Assembly: GCA_012026655.1 (NCBI GenBank)
Contig: JAAILG010000887.1
Location: forward strand, 1 to 64,000
Origin: Hydrolagus affinis
Taxonomy: Eukaryota
Direction of reading: 5' to 3'
DNA length: 64,000 bases
The notes under the pieces are model-generated. The model was not told the DNA's origin, made no database searches, and worked only from the letters and a program-made list of their open reading frames with translations. The first letter of the stretch is position 1. Each line of letters begins with the position of its first letter. The position numbers and the translations under genes are program-made. Positions 39,000 through 52,229 of this stretch are shown piece after piece.

Positions 39000-39240
39000 T
39001 GTGGATGATAAAGATTCCATGACCACTATTCAAACAGGAAAAAGGAGTTTCTGCTGGTGTCCTGGCTTAGAATCCCACCCAGATAAATTTGGCCATTCAC
39101 TTCGTGGCTCTTTGTGGGATATTGCTATGTTCACCTACATAATACAGTCACTACACTTCACAGTAAATGTTGGGAAGTGCTTTGACAGGTCCTCCTGATG
39201 TGAAAGGCACTATATCATACAGAAGGATTATCATTGTCAT
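39000..39240 (+). mobile_element. Old Deu-domain SINE fragment
   Basis: aaagattccatgaccactattcaaac...ggtgtcctggc...tttgtgggatattgct...tgtgaaaggcactata. Confidence 0.6.
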
Positions 39241-39730
39241 TATTAAAAATGTACTGTCCACACAATGTGATGCAAGTGGAGTTTCACCAGTTGAACTCTT
39301 TGATATTGTCTATTTTCTCTGAATATTTAGAATTTATGAACATTGGGCAAGCTTTTCTGATTGTCCAGCTGGTAACCTTACCTGTGAGGGCTTTGGTTTG
39401 CTGTGTTAACAAGAACTGAGTAGAAGAATCCTCATCTCGAGCAAGTGGTCTGCTCTTCCAAGTCCTACTTGTGATCCAGGCTGACTGATCCATAATGATG
39501 TAGGAGTGCTCAGCAAAACTACTTGAACCGCACCTGTGAAAACTGCTCTGGCAAATGCTTAGCTGTGGGAGGTGGAGGGGATTGGGGAAGGGTGGGGGGG
39601 GTAGCAGATGGGATTGGGGAGGGGCAATGCTTTGTTGAAGTGAACTATCCAATCATTGTTATTCACTTCTCCCAACACATTCTGCTAGTCACAAAAAGTT
39701 TACAACAATTGTTTTCTGTGGATAAACAAT

Positions 39731-40108
39731 ATTGAAACATATAAGATTCTTAAAGGGCTAGATAAAGTAGACACTGAGGGACTGTTTCCCTGGTAGGAGA
39801 ATCTATAACCAGGGGTCACAGTCTTAAAATGAAGGGTCAGCCTTTTAGAACAGAGTTGAGGAAAGATTTCTTCACTCAGAGGGTAGTGAGTTTATGGAAT
39901 TCACTACCACAGAAGGCTGTAGATGCTCAGTCCTTGAACATTTTCAATGCTGAGACTGATAGATTTTTGAAAAATAGAGGGATTAGGGGATATGGGGATA
40001 GGGCAGGTGATCAGAGTTAGGTGAGAAGATCAACCGTGATCTTATTGAAGGCGGAGCAGGCTCTAAGGGCCGAATGGCCTACACCTGCTGCTAATTCATA
40101 TGTTCTTA
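39731..40108 (+). mobile_element. CR1 LINE 3' end (ORF2 C-terminus and 3'UTR)
   Basis: GQPFRTELRKDFFTQRVVSLWNSLPQKAVDAQSLNIF peptide; tail ggccgaatggcct...tatgttctt. Confidence 0.92.
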
Positions 40109-40639
40109 ATATGGCTGGGAGATTGAGTGCTATATTGGTATAATTACTACCAATTTGGGCCATTGGGCTCCATGTTTTGTCTGTCCTCTTGTTCAGCCGG
40201 TATGAAATCTTGGCAAGTCCTTATTCCTGGGTTGAGGGAGCCTTTGGCATCAGACTTTATCACATACCTTCATTTGCTCTTTCATCTCAACCGGAATTCT
40301 TGGACGAACTGCAGTCGATTTTGTGGAAAAAGTAACACACGGGAATGTGACATCCCCAATGAATATGTCAATATAAATATATCTTTTCTCTAAAGTGCCT
40401 TCAGTGACTATGAAACCTCAAGCACATTTCTGCCGGGTGTTTACAGTCACATGATATTAGAAGCAATTAGAAGTGACATTCTGGCTGCCATTTCTGTAAT
40501 ATTTTTAATTATAGACTAGTTAGCTTAACATCACAGTGAGAAAAAGTGCTCGCGAGCACTCAACAGGATCCATCAATATTCATCTGAGGAGTCCAAGGGC
40601 CTTAAAATTGTTAGCATGCACTTGAAAACAAAGGATCAT

Positions 40640-41500
40640 ATGTTGAGCACCTTTACGAATGCTGTGACAGTAACTGATTTTAATCATGGGGCAACTACGT
40701 GAATTTAGCCTCCATGGATTTTCAGGAAGCTTTCAATGAAGATTCAGAGACAAGACTCGTAAAAGAAACTAAGACTTATAGAATCGAGTGGCAAATTGGC
40801 AAGTAAAATGGATTGGATGAGGCAGTTGAAAGCGAAAGTGACCGAGGCTGTTTCTAGAGGTAGTGACTCTACTATTTATTCACACTATTTATAGGTCGCA
40901 TGAAATCGGACAGCACTGGCACTAAATTTGCTGTTGACTGAAGCTTGAGGGACAATAATGAGGATCAGGCAGATGACTAGAATTCAAAGGGATCCGGGCC
41001 AATTTAGCCACGGTATCAGGAATGGCAGGTGAATTTGAATAATAAGTGTGAGGCAAATGCACACACATGCGGGAAACAATGAAGGGCAAAAGGTAGGCAG
41101 TCAGAAAGATTTAGGATAACGCATTGATAGCATCCAGTCAATGTGAAGTTGTTATCAGCAAGGCCTGTCATGTTTTTGGCGTCATCTCCACAATGTTTGT
41201 CAAAACAAGTATCTTTCACCTTGTATAAATCAATGGCGAGGCATCGTTTGAGAACGTGGCATTGGATACTTGGGCAAGCTGACTTCAATAGCATGTTGGT
41301 GCATTGGAACAGCTTCAGACGAGGATGACTCCAGCATTAAAAGCTTCAAACTCGAACGAGACAAGCAATCAATCTCAAGTTGTTTAAAACAATCATTTGA
41401 GAGAAGACATGACTCGGGTATTAAAATGGCGAGATGAATAGATAAAGTCGATGCAGACAGATTATTTACCTCTGGACGACAAGCATGGATCCAGAGATAT
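40640..41500 (+). mobile_element. Highly decayed CR1 reverse-transcriptase region
   Basis: Ordered RT motifs with stops and frameshifts: MDFQEAF (for DFQKAF), KFAVD (KFADD), WQVNLN..KCE, LYKSMARHRL (LYK.LVRPHL). Confidence 0.75.
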
Positions 41501-42514
41501 GAGCGAAGCCTTCAAACCTCCGATGGCTGAGCAAGTAAAGACAAGTCAAGGTGACACGTCTTGAAGACCACAAACTTGAGTTCTGAGATACATCTGGAAA
41601 TATGTCCAGTGTTGTGGATAACTCTTTCACATTGACTGGATCCTTTTAGCGAATCATCTAAAAACCTTTCCTTTTTTGTGAAAAAAAAGACATCAAATCT
41701 TCGCTAATGGATTTCACTTATTGTTTCCTGTTTCTACACAATGCTCAGTCGATTTACATACTGTTAGGTTCTGTTGGGAGTAACTAATACTGAGGGTGAG
41801 ACATTCTAGTTTCCAGAAAAGAAGAGATTTTGCCACTGCGCAAGACACCATCGAATTTTCCCACCGCAAGCCAAATTAACAAAGCCCCAAACGTAATCGC
41901 AACAACTTAGTTCTAAAACTTCTGGATGACTCTCCTTGCATTTGATGTAGAGCCTTATCACTTTGCCCCGAAATATCTCAAATCACTTGTGCATCTTGTT
42001 TGCGAACACGACAGCTGATTCGCGCACGGCAGTGCCTCATGATTATTGTGGAGGCTGCCAAGGTGACCTGATTTCTACGCACACTAACTCGAATTTGATT
42101 ACTCATGAGCTGGATGTCAGTCATTGGATTCCACGTGTCTAAGGAGGGGAGTGTTGAGGAACTTCACTTGGTTTGTCCTCTTGTTATCAGCTCCCCAGAG
42201 GAGATTTTATGTAGGGCAGCCTATGAGGATGCCTGCTCTCGAAGACAAGCGTTCAGGCAAACAGGGTGGTGCATCTCCATGCTTTAAAGGATCATTGTCA
42301 AAAACATCTGTCAGAGGAAAGTGCTGCCTGCGCTTCGCATAAATGAATGCTAATAAATACCTCCTCTCGGGAAGATTTGGCAAGTCATCATTTGCTGCGT
42401 GCACTTCTGCCTCGGTTCAATTGTGGAATTGAATTAGATCAGTTTCAGCGGGGCTACCTGCTGTGGAGATGGTGGACACTTTCCCACTCAGTTGCGTTGT
42501 ACAGTCGTGTACGT

Positions 42515-42748
42515 GGAGCTGCTGTAGCTCAGTGGTTAGAGCACTCGCCTTCAAGCAGGAGACCTGGGTTCAATTCCAGGCAGGTCAGGGTGAAACAATG
42601 GGCAAGTTTCCTTACTCCACACACCTAATAATAACCCCTCAAAAAAAAAATCCAATAATTAATTGGCCATTTCAATCCATGACTGTTTGTGGAACACTGC
42701 TGTGCGTAATTGGCTGTGGCATTTTTCCCACAAATATACAGTCAATGC
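42515..42748 (+). mobile_element. SINE, 3'-truncated
   Basis: Intact head and body; tail missing. Confidence 0.85.
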
Positions 42749-42911
42749 ATTTGGCCAATGGGAAGGAGGGGGGATGCTGTGGAGGGGATGAGGGAATAAA
42801 GTAGTGAACAAAAGGTCAAAATAGGAAGGGGAGTGAGGGGCAGATGTAGAAGAACTTTGAGATAGAATTTCCAAAGGATTGACTGAAAGCTCACCAAAGC
42901 AAAATGGATTT

Positions 42912-43027
42912 TGGTCACCTTTTTCCCCCTCCCACTGGCTCGGCCCCGGGATCAGTTATTGTGAAGCGCTCTGAGATGCCATCTGGCATGGAGTGAGGGG
43001 CGCTATATAAATCCAAGTTGTTGTTGT
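42912..43027 (+). mobile_element. L2 (second subfamily) tail
   Basis: Matches the 15010-15124 tail. Confidence 0.75.
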
Positions 43028-43930
43028 TAATCAGATGGGGGGGAGGGCTGGGGCGCGCTGAGGAGAGGGAGTTCACAGAGGATGGGCAGATTAAGGCTGC
43101 GGAGCGAAAGACGTCTATTTGCGCTTTCATGTCAATCGTGAGTGCGAAGTCATCATGTTTCACGAAAGGTCTGTAACCAAGTTGATTATTGGTTTCAGGG
43201 TATAAAACTTTGCGCTGTTTGTGACATAAACCGCTGGTTACTCAACCAACGTGTGTGTGTGTGTCTCACACACCGACCCACAAAAACTGTTCCGCTGGAC
43301 CCCAGCTATACATCTTGTCAGGGAGCGGTGTCTGCTGTCTGGTGTTGAGTTACACCGGTTACCACAGCAGTCAGCATCTGGTTGTAAGTATTGTAGCTGA
43401 GATGCTATGGCTGTGTTTGATTGCGAAGCCGGCGAGCTGTTAATAGATCAGGTAGATGTAGCAGTGAGTTTGCATTAGAAGATAAATCTGTGTGTCACTG
43501 GGTAAAGCCATCAGTAAATAATTGAACAAGAGGGAGTTATCCAATGTCAGGAATAGATTCTAACGGGTTTGCTGAGGTAATCTCGTCACTCAGAAGTTAA
43601 AGATGTGCTTTCCTAGGAATTTTGCTTACATTAGAATTTTTATATTCGGCAAAACTCTTTAATAAGGTTGTCTCTCGGAGCCATTACCAAAGTATGTTAG
43701 ACAAGAGTTTTCTGTCAATGAAGAGCCCTTAAAGAAATCTGCTTTGCATCAGCAACCCTTTGAAGAGGGCAGGTCTGTTTGACTGTGTATCACCATAATT
43801 GCTGAAACAATGTATTTGGACATATTTCTGAGCGTTCTGAATTCAGCAGTGGTGGTTGTAAAATACGTATATTATTTTCTCTAACCCAGGTCCTGGATTA
43901 TTGCAGTGTTCACATTACTGCTACTGCTAT

Positions 43931-44236
43931 TAATAATAATCCTTGCATTTGATATAGTGGATTATCATGTCTTCTTGACGTCTCAAAACGCTTCACAGAA
44001 TGTACAGTAAAGTGAATTGACTGTATGTTTATGGGCGAAACGTGGCAGCCAATTGCGCACAACAGTGTCCCCACAAACAGCCGTGGATTGAAATGACCGA
44101 CTTTATTATTTTTTTTGAGGGTTATCATCAGGCTTGTGGAGTAAGGGAACTTGCCCAAGGTTTCCCCCTATCTGGAATCGAACCGGAGTCTCTCACTTGC
44201 AAGGCGAGCGCTCTAACCACTGAGCTACAGGACTCC
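43931..44236 (-). mobile_element. tRNA-derived SINE, full length
   Basis: Reverse complement of the family sequence. Confidence 0.9.
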
Positions 44237-45842
44237 ACGTTAGGGTAGAAGTTCCACTTGTGCCTTGATTTACACTTCGCACGTTATTAAATAGCCATGG
44301 CTCAACTTGTTAAGCAACATTACGACATTAAAACTCTTTTGGGTTGTGAGAGTCCTTTGTGAAGTGCAACTGTTAATTGCCTCATTGCTGTCTTGACCAT
44401 CCAATGAAATGTAACTCCTTGCCATGTACTGATAAGAAATAACACAACCGATTCCTGCACCTCACAGTTCTAATGGCATGTTAAAATTATTGAAGGTTTC
44501 TGTTGAGTGTAGGTAGAATTAAATTCGCGTAAAATCAACCAAATTATTGGTTGGAATGAATAAAATCCAATTGCCATGTGCAAGCATTGGGGAACAGATA
44601 GTGAAATACTTATCTCAAAAGCCACAGAAGCTTTAATCAGGATAACTTAACGAGCAGCAATTATTTTAACTAAAATAATTAACATTTTTCCAATTATAGA
44701 TTTTAACCAGTGGAATCCAAATTCTCTGAACTTCTTAGGAGTAATGCATATGCATGGCTCATATCCAGAATGCTTGGCTTCCACCACACTTATGCAAATA
44801 CTCTCACTTCTACTCTAAAACGTTTCCAGAGTTTGCAAACCAGTTGCTGTGCGCTGTCATCATCTCAAATGTCAAATATTTACGTTCTTCATTTTGTTGC
44901 AGGATAAGAAAAATAGCTAACCATATAAATATGTGAATGTGATGGTGATTTGAAGCACCTTTGTGATGTCCTCAACATGTGAAATGCGCTATATTATAAA
45001 TGTAAATTTGTACTGGAACGGTTTCTATTCGCAAAAGTAAGCATAAACTCTGTCCCCAATACTTTATGAAACACAAAGTCTTAAAAGAGAGTTTGTAGCA
45101 GCATATGTAGTCGGTATCCGTATAACTATAATTGTTTTGCAAATGCAAATGACTGTTCTCTCCACTCCCTCAAAGAAAGACATTTTGGAGTTCATTCACA
45201 ATTGTGTTTCGAGAAGGAAAATACCTTGTGGATCGTGTGAATTTTGTGCAGGGAAAACAGATCCTCTCCCATTTATGCCCCTGATCTCAGCATCAAGTAC
45301 AATGTCAGGTACAGGAATATTGGATGAACAGTTAATCTCTTAACGCTCCTTGAAGAAGGTGTCCAATATCACTCCACCACAACCCCAATCCAATACTTCA
45401 ATCCTAACATTTTTTTGCACTTCAAATCTGCTTTCCTGTATCTTTTACAGGGCAGGATTTAATGTTGAAATCAAACTATTTTATGCTTTGAGCCCAAAAC
45501 GGTAGGACTGCATTGTATTAAGTCTGCCCCGAATCCTTTCAAATAAGACCCTAACAGCTAAAGCGAGACGTGGACTATCCTTGAAACCAAGTCCCAGACG
45601 TGAAAGACTAGTGGCTAAAGCAACTGCGATCAAAATGTTTTAAAACCATTTAAATTCCTTTCCCAGACGTGTGCGGATGGATTTTTCACAACGAGCCAAT
45701 TTCCTCCAGGCAACGGGACTTTGAGTTAGTTCATCGGCATATTAAGCGCCCCGGCGCCTGTGGACATCTCAATCTGGATTCAAAGAGACTTCGAGTTCCA
45801 AAAAAAACTGTGACGCTAACAGTACTTTCAATTTTGTGAAAT

Positions 45843-45858
45843 TTTATTGATGTTTATT
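45843..45858 (-). terminator. Tandem AATAAA polyadenylation signals (distal)
   Basis: Plus-strand tttatt at 45843-45848 and 45853-45858 equals AATAAA x2 on the rbfox1 strand. Confidence 0.6.
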
Positions 45859-46347
45859 TGTTCAACTGATCATACTGCATGCACATACGATGACAAAGAG
45901 AAAGCTTGGCCACAACACTTTCCAGCAGGTTTTTTTTTAATCGCATAGGTATATCACAGCTGTGGATTGATATTTACGAGTGGACACCAGGGTGGCGAGC
46001 ACACTACACATGAGGAGTTTAGAACTAAGAATTGCAGCAAAAAGGCGGAGGAAAAAGGAATTTTTTTTTGTTTTCTTTTGGAAGCTGCATTATTACAAAA
46101 AACAAGGAGACCTGTGACAAACACCTCAACTTAGGTACCGGTAAACAGGACAAAAGTGAACAGATTCTAGCATATGCACAGACACGCTGCAATTTTTCAA
46201 GAGCGCTCGATCAAGCTGACTTGACAACTTGCTTACATTGCACTTTTATTTTTTTTTAACACTGAAAATGGCCCAGAGAGGTGCGACCGACTATTTATTT
46301 CCCCCATTTATTTTAAAAAAAATTCATATGTTGTCAAGACCCAAGCT

Positions 46348-46357
46348 TTTATTTATT
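46348..46357 (-). terminator. Overlapping AATAAA signals (candidate proximal poly(A) site)
   Basis: Minus strand AATAAATAAA; further AATAAA hexamers lie at about 46245-46312. Confidence 0.45.
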
Positions 46358-47448
46358 TTCTGAGTGTGAAGACTTTTCCTCTTTTTATGTACTGTAATAA
46401 GTCCAGTTCAAACATAGGAAGAGGCCTCCTTATTAAAACAACATGACAAAATAAAGCTAGCTGTCAAGCAATGAAAAATTGCAATTTGTTTACACAACAC
46501 AGTCATGTCTCAAAGTACCAAGCTGACAAAATACCATGATTATCTATATTTAATGATTGCAATACTTGTAAAATGCTTATATAAATCTGAATATGATTAT
46601 CATGTATTCCATAAAAATGATACGTCTTACAGTTTGATCTACTATGCTAACTCTAAAACATCATAGGCTGTGTAATCTATAACTGAACATCTCCACTGCA
46701 CAATTTGAAATTTATTTTATACATTTTTTTAAACTGGTACAAAGAATCTAGTTTATTACTTTCCTTCTGAAAAAAAAGAAAAATATAAACAATGCTTTAT
46801 CACCATTTTCTGAATGTTTTTGTTTCTCTCCCCCCCTCCCATAATACAAAAGTCAGCAATGATATCAATAATTTATATACTGGAAGTAATATAAAAAAGA
46901 ATGCTCATTGATGGCCTAACTAGCAGATTTACTTAAATAGACCTATCTATGATTGAACTGCTGAATACTGCCTGGTGGAGTACCTTGAATCAAACGGATG
47001 CTCCTACTAAAACATTATGTACAAGTGCCGAGAAAACATCCAAAAAACATAACCTTTGGCTTGAACAAATAGTGAATAATTTAAGACAATTGATAGCAAG
47101 ATACTTGGTGCAGTGATGCCCTTTATTGTTGTTTTTTTTCTCGTGTATATATTTTTTTTAAATTCCAGATTGATGCCACCCATTTCCCTGAACTGCCTTT
47201 CCCCTCCCGACCTTTTCGGAACGCAAAACCGAATTGCAATGAAGAAACGCAAGAAAAAAAGACTGCTTTAGTCTCTTGTATTCCTATATAAAATAAGTGA
47301 GAAACTTGTTCTCCTGCCCCACCCTCCCCCCGCCCCCCGACTCTCTCCGCTCCAACCCCCTCCCCCTCCCATATACACACACACACACACACAAAAACAA
47401 TTACCTTCCAGCATTTTCGTTCACGACTATCCCTTTTAGTTTAGCTCT

Positions 47449-47517
47449 GTCCAGCGCCTTGGGACGTCCTCCCGACGTGAAAGGCTCTATACAAATGTAA
47501 TTTTGTTGTTGTTGTTG
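47449..47517 (+). mobile_element. 69-bp L2 tail insertion in the rbfox1 3'UTR with 7-bp TSD
   Basis: TAGCTCT at 47442-47448 and 47518-47524 flanks the stem-loop and (TTG)n. Confidence 0.85.
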
Positions 47518-47824
47518 TAGCTCTCTTATAACTCATTAATCTCGCCTTTCCCTTTACCACCGGGGTGAAAAAAAAGCAATTGCTATAGACGACATTTGGA
47601 CTCGCGAGTCACCTTCAGAAACCAAAGCCCCACAATATTAAAAATACACAGAACAAAAAAAATCTGAGGTATAAGATTAAAAAAAAATGTTGTATTTGTC
47701 CTCTTTTTTTTATAAAGAGAGAGAGAGAGAGTTGCTAAAATGATGCTCTACTGCATGTATTGCAATACCCAGGCCTTGGAAAAGCTTCTTTTTTTCCCCA
47801 GCAGAAGATTTAATGGTATGTCAT

Positions 47825-47986
<162 letters not shown>

Positions 47987-48188
47987 TTATTCCATTAAGC
48001 CGAAACGTTCGACTAGGTGATACTCGGAAAATGAGAAATATAATAACCTACATGCACTACATTGCCAAGAAATTAAGACATTCATCAAGTTTACTAGTAG
48101 GATTAATGTGGCGTTTTAGCTGCTGTTAGAGCCCGAGACAAATTCAATTAAGTTAAACTGAGGATTGTGGTGGCTGAGATTAAAAACC

Positions 48189-48219
<31 letters not shown>

Positions 48220-48294
48220 TAAAAGGACAGACGCATGCAGGAATGAAGAAAGAAACAAACAAGAAAAAAAAAAAAACCAGTGCGTTCAGCTTAC

Positions 48295-48370
48295 CACGGC
48301 ACCAACCCCATAGGTGGCTGCTGGAGTAAGTGTGTGGTGGTAGGGGTCTGCAGCATAAACTCTTCCGTAA
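48295..48370 (-). CDS. rbfox1: RBFOX1 penultimate exon (76 nt), read in two frames
   Basis: tttgatttgcag|TTACGGAAGAGTT...GGTGCCGTG|gtaag. Without A53 it reads (S)[25 protein letters not shown]; with A53 it reads [25 protein letters not shown]. Both match RBFOX1 C-terminal isoforms as recalled. Confidence 0.96.
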
Positions 48371-48994
48371 CTGCAAATCAAAGAGAAACGACATTAATCT
48401 TTTTTTTTTCCCCCCAGCCCCCCCTCCCCCTCCCAGATATACACAGTGCTTTTTCTTATAAGCGAACGAACCAAAAAAAAGAAAGGCTTCAACAAAGCTA
48501 CAGTATACCATGGATATCAACTGCTAAAAAGGTTTTGACGCAACAAGCCATGTCGTTTTAATGTATGTAGGTTGGGAAGGAAATGCCACAGGAATGCACG
48601 CACACACACACACACACGCACGCGCGCACACAAAAAAAAACAATAACAGAAAGGATGTAAATGGAACAAAGCACATTCAGGACCGTCCGTTGAACCCACT
48701 CTCGCCTCCTACATCTTAACAGGTAACACTCATCTATTTAGGCAGCCACCACAACCACATCACATTAAAAAAAAAGATGATGCTGTTCATGACACAAAGA
48801 GCAGGTAAAAATGCCTGAGACTGGGTTTGTCACCGATCCTAATGTGCCCACCCAACCCCCCCACCCACCCTCCCGCCCGAATATGTACAGGGAATGCAAG
48901 GAATATCTCTGCGAGAATCTCCATCCTGTCATGTGAATTCATTCACCCTTTGCGTTACTCAGAGTAAATACAACAGGGAGGGAAAATGATAGTC

Positions 48995-49228
48995 GAGACG
49001 TCTCAAAGCGCTTCACAGAATATACAGTAAAGTGAATTGACTGTATATTGGTGGGCGAAACGCGGCAGCCAATTGCGAGCGGCGGTGTCCCCACAAACAG
49101 TCAATGGACTGAAATGACCAATTTTATAATTGTTTTTCTGAAGGATTATTATTTGGCGTGTGGAGTAAGGAAACTTGCCCAAGGTTTCACCCTGACCTGC
49201 CTGGATTCAAACACAGATCGCACGCTTG
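48995..49228 (-). mobile_element. SINE, intronic, truncated at both ends
   Basis: Family body. Confidence 0.85.
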
Positions 49229-51471
49229 CTTATACAGTATTTATTTATTTGTGTGTGTGTGTGTGTGTGTATGTGTGGAGGTACATATTTATGAGATATG
49301 AAATAACCATGTGAATCTTTGGATTCAGGTTATATCGATAAATAACTCAATATTTGCTCTCGTAACTTACGACATCAGCTAAGCCGTTAGATAGATAGTA
49401 GTATCTTCTTCTACCTTACTGTCAACGTTTATTTCTATCTGGCGTGTTTTTCTTTTTTTTTTGAAAAAATAAATTATTCAAACTTAAAGGAAGAAAAAGA
49501 TTATTCTCCATGGCAATTTAAATATCTTATTTGTTTCGATGCCATCCTGAATTTGCTTCGCTGTCTAGCCCTGTCTCCCTTGTTGCTGAAAGATTATTGC
49601 TGAATAAAGGAGGGCAACATGTTTTGGTGGCGACAGAAAGCCTGTTCAATCCGACTTTCGCTTAAACAGCACTGTCTTCTAACTAATTTTCTGAGAGGGA
49701 GATTTTTACAACTATAATGTTGTCCATTTTATCTTCCGGCCACTGTAGGAAGACGAGCAAGGGTGGGTGTGCTGGACAGATATGATTAAAATGGACCAAA
49801 GGGCCTTTTTCAGCTACTTCATTCACCTTGTGATCAATTATGATCAAACTACAGCCTTTTTTTTAGGTCTTGAAGAAGACCACGTTCTTCAGATGATATC
49901 ACTCTCCTTGTGAGTATCTGAAATACAGTCAGTTTGACAATCCAGAGCCAATATGTTCATTTTTTTTTCTTTTGGAATTGACTGGAATGTCACACTAGAA
50001 ACTGCGCTGCAACTTGACTCTCATACAATTCGGCTGAGGTTGGGAGCTCAGCGATTTATTAAATTGTGGCCCCCATCCCACTTCCAACCGTTTCCCGATA
50101 CAATACAACATTGCACAGGGCAGTCCGTAACACCCAGATGTTTGGAAGAGAACTTTGTGTCTCAAACACGTCGATTAGCAGAATTTGTTTCCTCGACCCA
50201 AATATTCTCCCATTATTTTTACAATCAATATCGTGATTGATGAAAATGGCCACGTCATTTAATCGATGGACGTCTTTAATTGAAGGCTTAAGGAAAAAAA
50301 ATAAGATTGGAATACTTTTAACCATATATATATATTTAATAAAGCTTAGATTTAGGTGACATGGGGGACCATAAAAACCTTCCTTACCTAGAGGAAGATC
50401 ATTTTAAACTTTTCTAAAAAGAAACTAAACATGAAAATACAAACGAAGCAGTAATTTGCTTAATAAATTGCTACTTGTCAAAAACATGAATTTACTTTAA
50501 TAAACTGGAAAAGGGGACAACCTTTTTATTTCATTGCTTGGTCGCGGATCGTTGTCAATTGTGCAATTTTCAAGGTCCTGCCCACTGGCTTCAATAATAA
50601 GTGTAAGTGACAAGTTAATGCCTAATAAATTGCTTTACTGTGTTTGAAATCAGCTCCCGACTTTCAAGTTGAACGAGCGAAGCAATTAAGAGCACGAAAC
50701 AGCATTTGAAGTTCCATTTCAAAATGGCTTTCACCGAAGGCGGACAAGAGCTCTCGGCGACTAAGTTCTGCTAAGTGCTAAAGTTAGAGATTGATCACAC
50801 AATGTACTGCCAGAGAAACTGTTGGGACCATAGCTAAAACAGGAGCACAAATGAATAGCCCCACCTGCATTGTGGGAACTGATGTCTTATCAAACTAACC
50901 TCCCATCGCAGCATCCATCAAGCTGTTTCTAAAATGAGACCCAGTGTCCTGGCCTCACACACCCCACCCCTGGCAACCTGTTCCAGTCATTAACTACACT
51001 CTGGGTAAAGATCACAAAAAACCAAACCAGACCTCGCTTTGTGGTGTCAATTTCGGTGCCGTTTTGTACACGGAAAGTACAGAATTAATAGGACATTCAC
51101 CTGTCGAGATTCGGTGTTTATTGTTAAAAACAAGAAATAAAAACAGCTTTGGGTTGGATTGCGAACCAATAGAAGCAATCTCTGATCTTTGTTAAATTAC
51201 CCATTTCATGTCTGTGCTTACTCCGACCACCAGTGGCACAACACTCCGAAGTACAAGTGCTGCAAGAGGCTGCACAGTGAATTCACACCCGAGAAACTAT
51301 ATCCCACCTGAGGTATATTCGCAGGGAAATGGAAGCCAAGGCAACCACAGCTGTGCCAATCTGATACTCTTCCCAGCACAGAGTCTGTGTGTGGTATTGT
51401 TGGAGGCACAGAAACCCTCTTCGTCAAAAGACTGGGTGAATCCCAGGGTGGGCTAATAAGGAGTTGGAAAT

Positions 51472-51791
51472 AGTAATAATGATAATTCTTGCATTTGATA
51501 TAGCGCTTTTCACGTCTTCTAGACGTCTCAAAGCGCTTCACAGAATATACTGTAAAGTGAATTGAGTTAAAAGTATAGTGTATGTGGACGAAATACGGCA
51601 GCCAATTGCGCACAGCAGTGTCCCATCAACACTTGTGGATAGAAATGATTGATTTATTATATATATATTTGCGGGATTATTATCAGGAGTGTGGAGTAAG
51701 GAAACGTGCCCAAGGTTTCGCCCTGCCTGGAATCGAACCCAGGTCTCTCGCTTGTAAGGCGAATGCTCTAACCACTTGAGCTACAGGACTC
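51472..51791 (-). mobile_element. tRNA-derived SINE, full length, intronic
   Basis: Reverse complement of the family sequence. Confidence 0.9.
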
Positions 51792-52137
51792 AGTAGATTA
51801 CTTAATGGGAATGGCAAACAAGATTTGCAACTCGCCAAGAGATCTCAGTTGAGAACTTTTTTTTATTTTTCAGAGGCATTATTCAACTAAGACCCAGCAG
51901 TTAATGGATCACAGACTGATGTAATGGTACCAAGGGCAGGTAGCTGCTCTAAAGGTCAGGCCTCATCAGTACAATGAAATCTCCTGTAGATCACACAAAA
52001 TCAGATTGCGTGATGACATTTACTGAAACTTTCTCGAGTTTTTTGGTTACGTCCTTTCCTCTGCCGTTTCTTTTCTTGCACCTCCCCCCAAATTAAAAAA
52101 ATTCACAATGATTTAGGTTACGGTTCTTGAGGCCTAC

Positions 52138-52139
<2 letters not shown>

Positions 52140-52193
<54 letters not shown>

Positions 52194-52229
52194 CTCTCTC
52201 TCTCTCTCTCTGTCTGTCTGTCTGTCTGT
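52140..52229. repeat. Compound microsatellite (TATC)n(TC)n(TGTC)n
   Basis: Directly visible. Confidence 0.95.

Larger units (their letters stand above)
45830..47824 (-). other. rbfox1: rbfox1 3'UTR (~2 kb, distal end inferred)
   Basis: U-rich (minus strand), almost TE-free sequence following the TAA stop and ending in paired AATAAA signals. Confidence 0.7.
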
